Shown: piece by piece, positions 13,448 through 25,642 of the stretch
Position numbering within the stretch: position 1 is the stretch's first letter
How the letters are laid out: every line of letters starts with the position of its first letter
Assembly: GCF_964213995.1 (NCBI RefSeq)
Contig: NC_135815.1
Span: 33,356,001 to 33,420,000 of the forward strand
Origin: Mustelus asterias
Lineage: Eukaryota
DNA length: 64,000 nt
Direction of reading: 5' to 3'
The notes under the pieces: model-generated
Database searches by the model: none
What the model was told of the DNA's origin: nothing
The model's input: only the letters and a program-made list of their open reading frames with translations
Translations under genes and position numbers: made by a program

Positions 13448-15719
13448 CAGACAAGGTCTGGGGTTTCAAGCGAATATTTTTGCCGTTGCTTTTGTCTGTC
13501 TGTAAGCAAGATATCTCGAACTAATGGATGGGTTTCAATGAAACTTGGTACACAGGGTATGGCCTGAAGAAGAACTGATTGCCAAAATAATTAATGATGC
13601 CGATCTGGATCCTGTATTATTTTCAAGGTTCTGATAACATTGGGAAATAGAGCAAATTAACTTTTCTTTTGAAATTTGTGCGTTGTCTCAGCTGCTGTGG
13701 TTGAAGTTATCAGAGTTTTCAGAATAGGTTGTTGGATGTAGATTACAGATGGATGCTCGGAATACAAATATTTATTTTCTCAGTTTTGTTATTACACCTG
13801 ATTAACGAGGCAGAGAAAAGCCTTGAGGAAGAGCTGTGCAATTGTCATGAAGTTGAATGCTGTCTTCACTTGTTCAATTTTGTTTCTTTACTGAATAAGT
13901 CACGTTCACCCGGTATTGCCTTGATTTCAGAATTTTGTGCTCCTATCCACATATGGGATGATGCCGTATACTTGTGAGCAAATGTACATCAGGCAGGAAA
14001 TAGCAAGGCTTTTTTTCTTTGACTTGATGTTCAACGTATTTCAACTTATTTTGCTTCAAAGAGTACAAATATGGTTTAGTACTTGACACATCTGTTGTTT
14101 TGTTGAGCAATTTGTATTGCTCTGTTCCTATGGAAATTTAAGGGACAACTTCTCTGTTTCCAAATTGAAAATTCGTTTGTTTTTAAATATTAAATAGACT
14201 TGGGTGCACTTGGCTGTACTTGCATTTATAAAGGGAAAACTTTGCTGCTGTACAGCTGAAGCAATCCCCAGAATTTTACTTCCAGTTTATCTTGGCTCAG
14301 TAGAAAGACCCTTGCCACTGTAGGGATATCTTGCCTAAATTTACGTTTTTCATTGCTTGTGCTTTCACAATGTCTGTTGGCAAACTCTATCTATAGAGCA
14401 CCTGGCTGCAGCACCAACTCTTATTTCTCTTTTAAGGTCCACATTTCCAGCAAGGATACTGGTGATCATAGAGAGCAGACATGGGAGTTCTAGATGAGCT
14501 TACTTTGGACTCTGCATTCAAAAGCATTGAAGCTCCTTTTTGCCATCGCCCTAAATCAGCTATTCAGCACAGATTGATCAAACCCAAGATGATCCTTTTT
14601 TACAAACCTCGGTTATGCATTGGCTGAACTGGCTGATGAGAGCATGCGCTTGCCTCCATGTACCTTTTTTTTAATGAAAGCACAAATGAAGTTAGGTAAT
14701 GCTCATGTTATATCACTGGATATTGAGCCTATTCTACAGAAATCAATCAGAAAATTTATGTGACCTGAAGTCCATCTAACAATTTGCCCACAGAAAATAG
14801 GTTTAATTAGTTTTGTTAAAATGGTTAATTCATGATCTAATTCTGTCAGATGAATAGTAAATGACATCTGATTTATGTGTGTCTGTTGGATCACAAATTA
14901 TCAGCTTGCTCAAAATGAAACTGTTACTGACTCATTCTGGTCACTAAATTGACGTTGCATGGTTTTATTTTTGACATGGTATTATTCTGAGCACCAAACT
15001 TCCCTTTGTATCGATATTTTGTGTAAAAGTTGACTCGGGTTCTTTTTTTTTCAGCAACCCTTGTGTGTGGAACTCAGTTTTATAGATTGGTTTGGTTGCC
15101 TGGGTTACTATCAAAAGGTGAACAAAAACCCAGTTATATTTTAATTGATCGTAAAATAACCTCTCCATTCAAATGTATTAAGTCACATCCTACATTTTAA
15201 GTTTCATTGACATTTGCAGTTTAAAAATACTGATTTTTCCACCCTCTTCCCATGGCCCCAAGCAAGATTGCCACTTGAATAATGGTGACTCTAAAGAATT
15301 GTCCCAGTCGCATGGCATGTTAGGCATTTTGTTTTAATGTGTTAATTGAATCAAGTGCATGTTGAAGCAAGATTTGGGGCTGTGTAAACACTTGGAAGAA
15401 CGGGTTGCACAGTATGTCATAATATGTTTTGCGATCAGATTTATTGAATGCTGTTAAGGTAGTTGATATTTTTCCAAAATTTAGTTTTGCAAATTCTTTG
15501 CATTCCAATTCAGTTGTTTTCCTTTCACCAATCCCAAAGATGCTGGGGATGGTTGAATCAGGGTCAGCCCTTTAAATGGCTATTCATTATCAATGTACTT
15601 GCAGAATGATTCTTGCTATTAGAGGACATTGCAGCTGAAACTAATTGCATCCGAATCCAAAATCTCAAAAATGCCCACTTTCCGACATGAATCACGAGGC
15701 AGTGTTTGTGGTCAATTAG

Positions 15720-15890
15720 TCATAGAATCCTTACAGTGCAGAAGGAGGTCATTCGGCCCATCGAGTCCACACTGACTACAATCCCACTCTGGCTCTATCC
15801 CCATAACCCTAGGCATTTATTCTAACTAGCCCCCTTGACACTAAGGGTCAATTTAGCATGGCCAATCCACCGAACCCACACATCTTTGGA
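15720..15890 (-). mobile_element. HE1-like V-SINE, 5'-truncated, CR1-type tail
   Basis: Reverse complement of the SINE 3' half, from TCCAAAGATGTG to GATTCTATGA. Confidence 0.85.
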
Positions 15891-15933
15891 CCATGAGGTT
15901 CAGTACCACAGGGGGAGGTGCATTTACACAGTA

Positions 15934-16073
15934 TGGACGGGATTCTCTGCTTTCGATTGGGGCGGGACTCATTGCGAAGGAGAACGTAAAATTTGGCGCT
16001 TCAGCCAAAACTCCATTCACTGTCAGCGACACCAGAAGATCCCAGCCATGAATGAGGACGAAAGATCTCAGCC
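15934..16073. mobile_element. MITE-like element
   Basis: GGACGGGATTCTC ... AAGATCTCAGCC ends; internal similarity to 13325-13447. Confidence 0.6.
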
Positions 16074-16446
16074 ATGGATTCAATTTTAGTCAGTATCAAT
16101 ATTACGTTAATGGGTAGCACTTCTACCTCTGTATTAGATGGTTGTGGGTTCAAGAGACATGAACACATAAGAATGCTGGTATTTGAGTACTATACTGACC
16201 CATCTTCTACATTATCTGGAGGTCAGATATGGACCATGTACATTGAGAAATAACATACAAACCTCCAGATAAAGTGAGGAGCAGAGGGGAGAAGAACCCA
16301 ATATAACCCTCATCCTGATGGCTACCTTTGGCTTGTGGCTCTATCAAGCTGTGTGTTGTCCCTCAGTACGTTAACACCCAAGTGTCACTACATGCTAAAG
16401 TTGTGAAGGATGAGTCTCACCACGTAGCCATGGAATGTTCCAAGCA

Positions 16447-16570
16447 AAAGGCATAATACTGGCAGATGCTGGAATCTGAAACAAAAAGAGAAAATTCTGG
16501 AAAATCTCAGCAGGTCTGACAGCATCTGTGGAGAGAGAACGGAACCAATGTTTCGATTCTGGATGACCCG
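16447..16570 (-). mobile_element. Penelope-like terminal repeat fragment
   Basis: Reverse complement of the unit at 33529-33636 (CAGATGCTG...GACCTGCTGAGATTTTCCAG), including the 3' half of the hammerhead motif. Confidence 0.7.
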
Positions 16571-17414
16571 CGACCTCATGGAAAGGTTTAAGCACCTTTA
16601 AACGGTACAAAACTGTTTCCCATTTCCTTCTGGAATGCACCCTTGTAAAGGTCTGGAGAGAGAGAGATAGTAATTATTGTCGAGTTTCATCCTGAGCAGC
16701 TCCGTGACACAGCACTGTGCTCTGTGGGCTGTTCCCTGAGACAACCAGCAACTGCAGTTGGAGCACCATCAGCTTGGTGAAAGATACTCTTTGGTCTACC
16801 CAAAACTTTCATGTCTTGCACTTGTCCTTTGCAGACTGGCACATTTCAAGGTCCAGAATTACGTATTGAGGAACGGAGACTAAATCTTGCAGCAGCTGAC
16901 GCAAAGGCGCAACAGGAAAAGATCATATGTGCTTTTCAGCCATATCACAGGGCTAGAAACAGAGGCAAACCCCTCGAGCTACATGCTTGACAAGGAAATA
17001 TACATTGTGGATATCAAGACTATTGAAATTGTGACAAGACAGCTCAGAATGGAACATGCTGTGGAGAGAAAATTTGATTTTGATTGCACTTCATGTAATT
17101 TTCAAGTTGAAATGTTTTGTCCTGAGGCTGTATGCCTGACAAGGAAGGTATAATCATATATCAAGAGTATTACAATCATGTTGAGGCACCTAAGAATGGA
17201 AATGTGGTATGGAGATGAGTTAAATTTTATTGCATTGTCTGTAATTTTCAAGTCCGTGTTGTGTCATGCACTTTTACAAATCTTATGAATGAAGTATATT
17301 TTTGGACCAAACAAAAAGTGCAGTATTGAGGCAGCGCTACAGAATTGGTGCTGTCTTCTGGATGGAACGTCAAACTGAAGTCCTGTCTGTCCTCCGTGGA
17401 TGCAAGGCATTTCC

Positions 17415-17508
17415 GTGGAGGGGCCTGGGTGTGATGCTCTCTGAGGGAGTTGGCACAGACTTGATGGGCCGGATGCCGCCTTTCTGCACTGCAGGGATTC
17501 TATGGTTC
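17415..17508 (+). mobile_element. SINE/CR1 tail fragment
   Basis: GATGGGCCGGATG...CTGCACTGCAGGGATTCTATGG. Confidence 0.7.
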
Positions 17509-17557
17509 AATTGTCCATTGCTTCTTACGTAATCGTGGTTGACTAGCAGTCCAATCT

Positions 17558-17851
17558 GGTGGCACGGTGCCACAGTGGTTCGCACTGCTGCCTCACAGCG
17601 CCAGGGACCCAGGTTCAATTCCCGGCTTGGGTGACTGTATGGAATTTGCACATTCTTCCCGTGTCTGCGTGGGTTTCCTCCGGGTAATCCCACACCCCAA
17701 AAGACATGCTAGTTAGGTACATTGGCCATGCTAAATTCTCCCTCAGTGAATCCAAACAGGTGCTGGAGTGTGGCAACTAGGGGATTTTCACAGTAACTTC
17801 ATTGCAGTGTTGATGTAAGCCTACTTGTGACTAACAAATAAACTTTAACTT
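17558..17851 (+). mobile_element. V-SINE with alternative tail (type B)
   Basis: Same head and central domain as the HE1-like copies, but tail ...CTAGGGGATTTTCACAGTAACTTCATTGCAGTG...GTAAGCCTACTTGTGAC...AATAAAC. Confidence 0.85.
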
Positions 17852-18422
17852 TTCTTCACACCAAGCTCCAGGAAGAATTTTGACCAAGAAACAGAAGTAA
17901 CAAGAAGACCTAAAGAGAAGGAAAAGTTTTATTTTAAAACTTTTCATTTAAAATAATTGGACCATGTTAACTACTGCATGCTTGCATTCGGATTATATAT
18001 ATTAACTGCAATTGGAATCTACCAACATGAGATTGTAGGACAACATGGTAATATGAGCGTGAAATTTCTTTTTTATGCATCATCTGCAGTTCAGAATTTT
18101 CAAGTGGAACTCTCCAGTAAGGGGAGCTGTAAAATTTCTAATATTTTTTTCTAGCATAACGGTTGATAGATTTACCATCAGCAATGAATTACTATTTACA
18201 GGTAATCGAGTTTGTGTCCAAATGTATTCTGACCCCTGTGCTATAGCGTCTTTCAAATAACATGCCCAAAGTGGCTATTCTTGCGCGTGTGGACATTGAG
18301 TATTTGGAATTTGCCAATCGTTGTGGCCCAGTGTGATTCCTTGTTGGTCTTATAACGTTAACAGTGCTCAGTCAGAGGTAGGGCACTGCCACCTTTTTGC
18401 CCTGCTGCCTTGGCTTCTCCAG

Positions 18423-18485
18423 TCCACGGATGCTGAAGCCAGTTGCAGCAGCTTACATATTGCTCTAGATGAGGTCACAAAAATG
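18423..18485 (+). other. Candidate non-coding 5' UTR exon of TRERF1 (63 nt)
   Basis: Polypyrimidine tract plus CAG acceptor (..GCCTTGGCTTCTCCAG) and consensus donor ATG|GTGAGT in apparently non-repetitive DNA. Confidence 0.4.
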
Positions 18486-21400
18486 GTGAGTAGTTTTTAA
18501 GTCTTGCAGTTGATAAAAAACTTACTGCGCCATAAGGTTTATATAGCTTCAGCCAGCAATAAGTGAGTGGGATTATGATGCACTAAGTGGCTGTTAACTT
18601 GCCTTCTCAAAACTTGTGCAACAACAGAGCAGACTGCAAAGTGAACTTACACCTAAAGTGATTTCACTTTTTTTTAAAAAAGTACTTAATTGGCTGTGAA
18701 TCACTTTGAAAAATCTTGAGCGAATGAAAGATGGTATATTAATGCAAGTTATTTCCATTCACAATGTTCTCATCACATTCTCTTTTCTTTCTACAATGCC
18801 AACATGTATTCGTAGAATGGCTTGTGGGGGTCCCAAGGCCCTTCACAGAAGTACTGACACCGAGTCACACAAGGTATGAGGGAAGATGACCTAAAGTTAG
18901 ATCAAAGAAATGGGTTGGAGAACATTTTAAAGGACCTGAGAGAAGGGCGAGATATTAGGAGGGAGTTCTCGAACTTGGGGGCCGAGGCAACTGATGACAT
19001 TGATGGAACTGGTGGAAGAGCATTGAAAATTGGGGGGAGGGGGACTGCAAGAAGCCAGCTTTTACACTCATTTTACTGAGTGGCCAGTTTTCTTTTTAAC
19101 CCCCTTTTCCCCTGTGGTCAGAATTCAGTGCCACTTGCTGTCCAGGTTCAGTGAGATAGAACAGCCGCTAACTCAAGTTACTGTATAATGTTCGCAACTT
19201 GCTGGATTGCACTGAATCATTTTACTGTCTTCAGAAGAGGAAAGGTAAGGGAAAAAAATGGAATTATGTGGAGAATAATTGCACCCTATCAAAAGAGAAT
19301 GGAAATGGAATGGACTACATTTTACAGTCGTGAAAGAGATACTTCGATGAGGATATATTGATTTAGAAATGTGTGATATTTCTGTGTCTCCCTGGCTAGA
19401 CTGACATGCATGGAAATAATTCTCATGTTGGCCTTTTGCTGCCTTTACTGGACTCACTGAAGTCAGGAGATCTGATTTGAACTGGACTGGCACAGCTTTT
19501 TATCATCAATACAAGGCAATGGTTAAACGTCTTCCACCTTTTAGGTTTGGTGTTAAGTCTGGCCCAGACTGATGGAATGAAAGTAGTTTATGTTTGTTGG
19601 TAGTAATGGGGCGTTGCGAAATGAGTTTGAAGGGTCTCAAAACAACTCCCTCTTGAGCATAAAACCACAATGCAAAACTGATGCAATTTTCTGCTAAATT
19701 GGCAAATGTGCTCAAAGGGCTGCTTTTCAACTATTGCCTGTGACAAAACATGCCACCCTCCATTGACTGTGTACAGAAATGTCTTCTAACCTTCTCCTTC
19801 ATCTTTCTGTGACTATGTTGAGTTGATAACTCGGCTGAACCCAGCCAGAGGAGTTTCTTTTGCTGTTGAGTTTACCAAAACCCTACTGAGGTTTTTTTTG
19901 GCTCGGGGTTTAAATCCAATTGTTTTCATGTTGTGCGTTCTGTATCCTTTCCCTGAGTGAAGACATTACTGAATTCCAAACTATGTTGTTGCAACAGTAG
20001 TATTATTTCACTGAAGTGTTCCTTGTAAATATTCAAGGCTGCATGATCCACTTGAAAACTAAAATGAGATTCTTTTGGGTGAAGAAAAGATTAATTAATT
20101 TATTTGCATAGAATGCCAGCTTGCTTTGATTGTTCACACATCTGTCTCAGCTATAAGGTTGCAGGTTCAAGCCCCACTCCAGGACCTAGGAAAAAATTTC
20201 TTTGCTAGCACTGAAGAAATAATGCTTTGTTTTCTTAGCATTTATACAGCCTTTCATACATCTGAACGGCAATACCAGTTTCACATGCTGGATGCAATTT
20301 TAAAAGTGCCTGACAATGTATTGCAATTTGACCTTTTTTAAATCGGATAGATGATGGAGAGGTGTAAAATGCAATTTTATATATTGATGAACTTTGGTGG
20401 CACAACTTCTACTTTTGTCGCTTCCAGGTCATTTATCCACAGAGGTAGATTCTGTTGTACTGGCTTTCTTTTCCATAGAATGTGAAGCCTTGCGACTTAT
20501 TTCTGAGGCTTAATTAGTTTCGCACATTCTAAAGTCAAATCGTGCAGACTTAGTCACATTGAATTTATGTTAAATTAGCCAGTGGTTGTGCTATCTTATA
20601 GACCTGTTCACAGATATCCCAGTGAGGTGTTCATAAGAGACAGCGACAATACTGAAAAAAGGATGCAAGGCGACAGCAAAGCTTCATGCTGCCCTGTACA
20701 TTGAACCAAGCGTATATTTTATGAGACAAAACACAATACTATGCATGCTGGGAATCTTAAATTAGAAACAGAAAATGCTGGAAATACCCAGCGGGTCTTT
20801 GTGTTATGAGGTTAGGCTGTGCGCCCAACAAATGATGTACCACCATAAATTTTGGTTTGAATATTATTGTAGGGATTGTGCTGGTATTCAGTTCAGAGAT
20901 TCGATGAAGAACACAACTGAGTAATTGTTCATCATGATCCACAGAAATGGTTGAAACACACAACAGAGCTATCAGTGCTTTAAAATAGGCCGAGTCCCAT
21001 TGGTTTTAGTCACAAGAAAAATAAACTTGACAGTTTCTGAATCGTGATGAACCTGCTGTGCGCTTTTTGGATTTTCTGTTGTGACTAAAACTTTCGCCAT
21101 TTAAAATGATGGAACATTACAGCACAGAAACAGGCCATTTGGCTCATCTGGTTTGCAGCAGTTACAGCTTTTCTGTTTGTCTCGCCAGGTTAGGCGAACT
21201 GCTAGATTAAAAAGAACAACAGGGAAATGAACAATTTCATAGTTGATACCGGGAATTGGATGATCCAGGGGAACTAGGGGAAAGTGATTTTATTTTTAAA
21301 GCTAAGTTGCCTAAGGAGGCTGATTTAAGTGTTTTGGGTTTGTAATACCATTAATAAGGTGTCTATTTGCAGCCATCGACTTGAATGATCTAATGGAGTG

Positions 21401-21508
21401 GGGTGACAAAGACCAAGGAGAATTCATTTGTCTTGCATCCACTGAAGGTTGCTGTGAAAGTGATTTTAGATTTGAGATTCATCCTCAATTACTATTATTT
21501 TTCTGTAG

Positions 21509-21583
21509 CATCAGTGAGTTTTTCTTTGTTCTCCGAGTGCACAGCCTTCAGAACCAAACCCATCAGACTCCGACTACTGTCGA
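21509..21583 (+). other. Candidate non-coding 5' UTR exon of TRERF1 (75 nt)
   Basis: Acceptor TATTTTTCTGTAG and donor CGA|GTGAGT. Confidence 0.3.
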
Positions 21584-21949
21584 GTGAGTAGCAAAATTCT
21601 ATACTTTTACAATATTGATGCACAAAGCGGGTGCTGACTGACTAGAACAACAACATAACTGAAGTGTCCCAAGGCACTTCACACATTTTAAAATGAGGAG
21701 GAGGTGGGATTGAAGCATGAAAAGGGTATGTGGATGGGAAGTGATACAAAGGATGCGATCAGAGATATGGTGGGGCTGGCAAGAACCATTGAAATGACAA
21801 ATCCAGGAGAACCTGGTGCGAGTACTTGTGTCCACTTCCCAGATGCACAAAAACTGTCCCTAATTTAGTGGGAGCACGGGACGAGCCCACGGCAGAATGT
21901 CAGTTTAGCTCATCAATGAGCCACTTAAAGCCAGTTGCTGAAAAGAAAG

Positions 21950-22600
21950 ATAGGTTGCCAAAGCTTTATGTCTTGCAGTTATGAAGCCAAATGAAAGAAT
22001 GCCAAATGTCAAACAATCACAACAATTTATACAATTTGACTATGACTGAAGAGTTGTTCAGGAAAAAGCTATGGGAAACTATCGGCTCCACTGGCTTCTG
22101 GATAGTTCAAAAAAGGGCAAAAATCTTTTACATATTCCTTTTGCTTACAGAGAAGGGTCCCTGCATACGAGTGTGTGTCACTTCCAGCAAACACAAATGA
22201 TACAAGCAAAACTGATCCTAAATTGCTTATTATTGTAGCTGTTGGTGCACTCAGGATTGTTGAGCAAGTGTTGCCCAATTGAAGAATCCCACCTATTTTG
22301 GGTTTTGCAAGCAAAGCTGGTTGTATATTGTCTGCATTGCCTATTATGAACAGCTGTGTATATATACCCCAATGATTGGCTGATCGAATCAAACCAGAAC
22401 TTCCTCCAACTATTAATACTAGGCTTGTATCTTTCTCCATAGCAACATCAATTCAAGTTGATTTTCCAGCCAGTCAATACTCATTTTATCTTGTGGTATA
22501 CATGAGTGTGCTCATTTGAATTTTGGCATTCTTGCATTTGTCCTGATGAGTGCAAGGTGAAAAGCTTTGTCAACGTCTCTCTTTTTGAGGAATATTAAAG
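21950..22600 (-). mobile_element. Penelope-like retroelement remnant with inverted terminal repeat copies
   Basis: Minus-strand peptide SSIGQHLLNNPECTNSYNNKQFRI..., followed after frameshifts by LCKQKEYV, resembles the C-terminal GIY-YIG region of vertebrate PLEs; ~21950-22010 (-) and ~22520-22585 (+) are homologous inverted copies. Confidence 0.7.
22538..22573 (+). ncRNA. Minimal type I hammerhead ribozyme motif (PLE-associated)
   Basis: TTGTC-CTGATGA-GTGCAAGGT-GAAA-AGCT-TT-GTCAA: intact CUGAUGA and GAAA boxes, palindromic loop III, stem I 4/5 pairs. Confidence 0.6.
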
Positions 22601-24926
22601 CCAACTATCCCTGAGCCCACAGGATTTAACGTTGGCTCAGGGTTTAATGCGTCTCACACGCATCCTGAAAGTCACCCAACAAACCTTGTCAGGTTTTCCA
22701 GCTGCCTACCATGGAGATCCCTCGTTGACAGGCACTCGGTGTTCAATAATGGCATTGGGAAGTGGAGTAGAAAGAGAGGCCCCCCCCCCCCGGAAGTTAT
22801 TCCCCACTGATGCTTACAAAACCGTCATTCCGCTTGAAGCCAAACCTCTGTGTAACCAGATCCAGTGATGGTTGCTGGTGTAGGCCTCCAGACAGTACCA
22901 GTACCAGCCACTTTTTGCGGTGGCATTGCCAGCGTGGAGATCTGACAGTCTTTGATTAGCTGGCTGCTCTCCGGGGTCGGCTTTTTGAACCTTAACTGGA
23001 CCCTTGATCACGTGGAAGGCCCATTGCTGACCAGGTTATGCCTGACTGCACTGAAATTGCATTGAGCCCTCTGGGGAAAAGTGACATGGTGTTCTCACCA
23101 GTTCTCTGTAGTATTGATCAATCACCCTTGTGGATGAATATTGCACATTACTACCAGTTCTGGTTTTTTTTTCAACAAGGCAGTAGGTTCTATGATCACA
23201 GTTTCAGAACATAAATCTCCGAGCATTGCGCTGGATTTGATTAAAACAAACCCACAGCTTTGGTATTTATTGCTTCCTGCCATGAAAATTAAATTTGAAA
23301 ACAGGACAAAATTCATAATTTTCCCTTTTGAGGAATCATTTCATTTCTTTAGGAGTTGTCACAATTGACGTGCGATGCTGTCTTTTCTGAAATATGCTTG
23401 TGCACTATTGGTTCAAAATACTTCATCCTGTGAATGTCTCTGAAAATCTACTAAGTTTACAACAATTTGTGTTTGAACTGGAGAATCCAGGTTCCTTGAA
23501 CTTGTGTTATGACTAAATGATTGCTGTGCCCATTGGATGGAAAGTTGTAGGTGAGTCGACTTCCATTGTCCTGAAAAGCCATGATGTAATTTTGCAATTA
23601 GTGGCCTGAGGTTGTGGCTTCTGCCCCCTTGAGGGTGGATGTCCCATCTCCAACTCTCCAGTTCCAACAGTGCCACAGTTAGTGGTGGCCATTGCTGGAA
23701 CTGCACTCAGTCCCTGAACAGGAGTGTTGCAGTAGGCCAGAGTTCAAACTAAGCGGAGCAGCCTCAATGAGGCCAGTGCTGCAGGCCCAAGGGGAGGTGG
23801 TCAATGGTTGAAGCCCTTCCATGGGCACAGGGTGCTTGAACTGAAGGGGCTATCTCCCATATGTCTCCTGCCAGGATTTATCTGGCAGGCTGGAAAACCC
23901 CAGTGGCAGTGGGAGGAAAACTTTAATTGATCAGTTAAGAGCTGCAATTGACCACTTTGGGCTCCTCCCTGCAACAAGTCCAGAATTGCTGTGGAGAAAA
24001 TGCAAGGTAAATTTATGTAAGTATTGTCAGGAATCAAGGATTTGAGTTGCCAGGAAAGGCTATGTAACTGGGCCTGCATCAGGGATTTGGTAGAGGTGTT
24101 AAAAGGACCCAAGGAATAGACATGATCAAGATAATTTATTTCCACTGACAAGTGAGAACTAAAGGTGTTGATTTAAGATAAATATACTTATGGGAGATTA
24201 CAAGTAACTTGTCCATAGTTATTGGTATATAGAATACTTCGCTACATTTGAGGATTGTCATTGATTACAGTATTCAATGACTGTGAGGGTGAGGTTTTAG
24301 ATATTCAAAAAGATACGATAAGGTGATGTAGAAAAAAACACAAGTCAGTTACGTTGACTTATCCATCTATCCATGTTTATACCTGTCCATCACAATATGA
24401 TATGCTTGTAGATGTAAATGTGTTCAACCCCATCAGCTCAGGACAGGTTTTGCTGCAGTATTAAATTAAATCTTTGTTCTTACTCATACTCTTAGCTGAA
24501 CGGTATTATGAATGCGAGAAAAATATTTACTTTTGCTATCAGTTCTGCTAGATTCTGATCCTAAACTCCAGTTTTTTTTTGGCTTCACAGTGCCAGCCTG
24601 ATTCTCTTCCCTTCTGACTGTGTCAGAGACGTTTCCTGTATTATATATAGCTTGGCAGACTCATTCCAAACACTGACAGTTGCAGTGTTGTAGACATTCT
24701 GGGTTGCTGCCACTGGCCCAAGCATCTCCTTTCTTGCATTTATCCAACTGTTTATCTTAATTTGCATTTCCTGTCTCTATCACAGTTCATGCAGCCACTA
24801 ACCACTTGCATTTTAGCCTGATTATTTCTCCCTCGCACCCAAATATCAAGTGAGTCACGCCAACCGATGTGTTCTGTTCGAAAGCAATTTAACTGTGATG
24901 GAGCCATGCAGCACGTTTGAGTTAGT

Positions 24927-25126
24927 GGCCAGAGTTTTCCATTCGTTCCCACCGGTGGGATCTTCCGGTCCCGTTGATGGCGAAACCCTGCCTCTGGCTT
25001 CCTGGTGGCAGGGGGTGCATACGATAGGAAATCCCGTTGACAGCAGTGGGATCAGAAGATCCAACCAATGGAGGGCCGTTGCTGCGAAACATGCGTTGGG
25101 GGAGGGGGTGAGCGAGGAAATAGCCC
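24927..25126. mobile_element. MITE-like element
   Basis: GGCCAGAGTTTTCC ... GGAAATAGCCC ends with an internal inverted pair GGATCTTCCGGTCCC / GGGATCAGAAGATCC. Confidence 0.55.
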
Positions 25127-25518
25127 ACCCCACGTCTAAGATTATTATCCCTAGCCTGCAATACCCAAGTACTTTTGTGCCACCAAGTCGAGGTTGCTTA
25201 ATCTCACTCCCTTACCATGCCCAAACAGCATTTGTATTGTTACAATTACCTCCCCCTTCCAATCACACCATTTAAATTGTCCTGGGTACTGTACTATTAC
25301 TGATCAATTTTATTACAAACTAAATTGTATGCTGAAATAACCAAGAGCTCAGAAAGCAAATAACTGCAACAGCCAAGCAGATTCAGATAAAGTACAATCC
25401 CCAAATTCAATACAAAAAGGCACAGTCTTGAAAGAAAAGAAGCCAGCAAGAACTAAAATATTCTTAAATATATTATTGCAGTGCTCCCTTCCACTCTTAA
25501 ATGGATATACGTTGACCA

Positions 25519-25642
25519 GAACCATAAGAAATAGGAGCAGAATTAGGCCACTCGGCCCATCGAGTCTGCTCTGCCATTCAATCGTGACTGATTTTTTTTC
25601 TCATCCCCATTCTCCTGCCTTTTCCCCATAATCCCTGATCCG
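25519..25642 (-). mobile_element. CR1 LINE 3' tail fragment
   Basis: CCATAAGAAATAGGAGCAGAATTAGGCCACTCGGCCC is the reverse complement of a CR1 3' UTR end. Confidence 0.7.

Noticed and set aside
17030-17256. Diverged ~150-bp tandem duplication (a similar ~118-bp case at 47095-47270)
   Set aside because: Ordinary decayed local duplications with no further structure.
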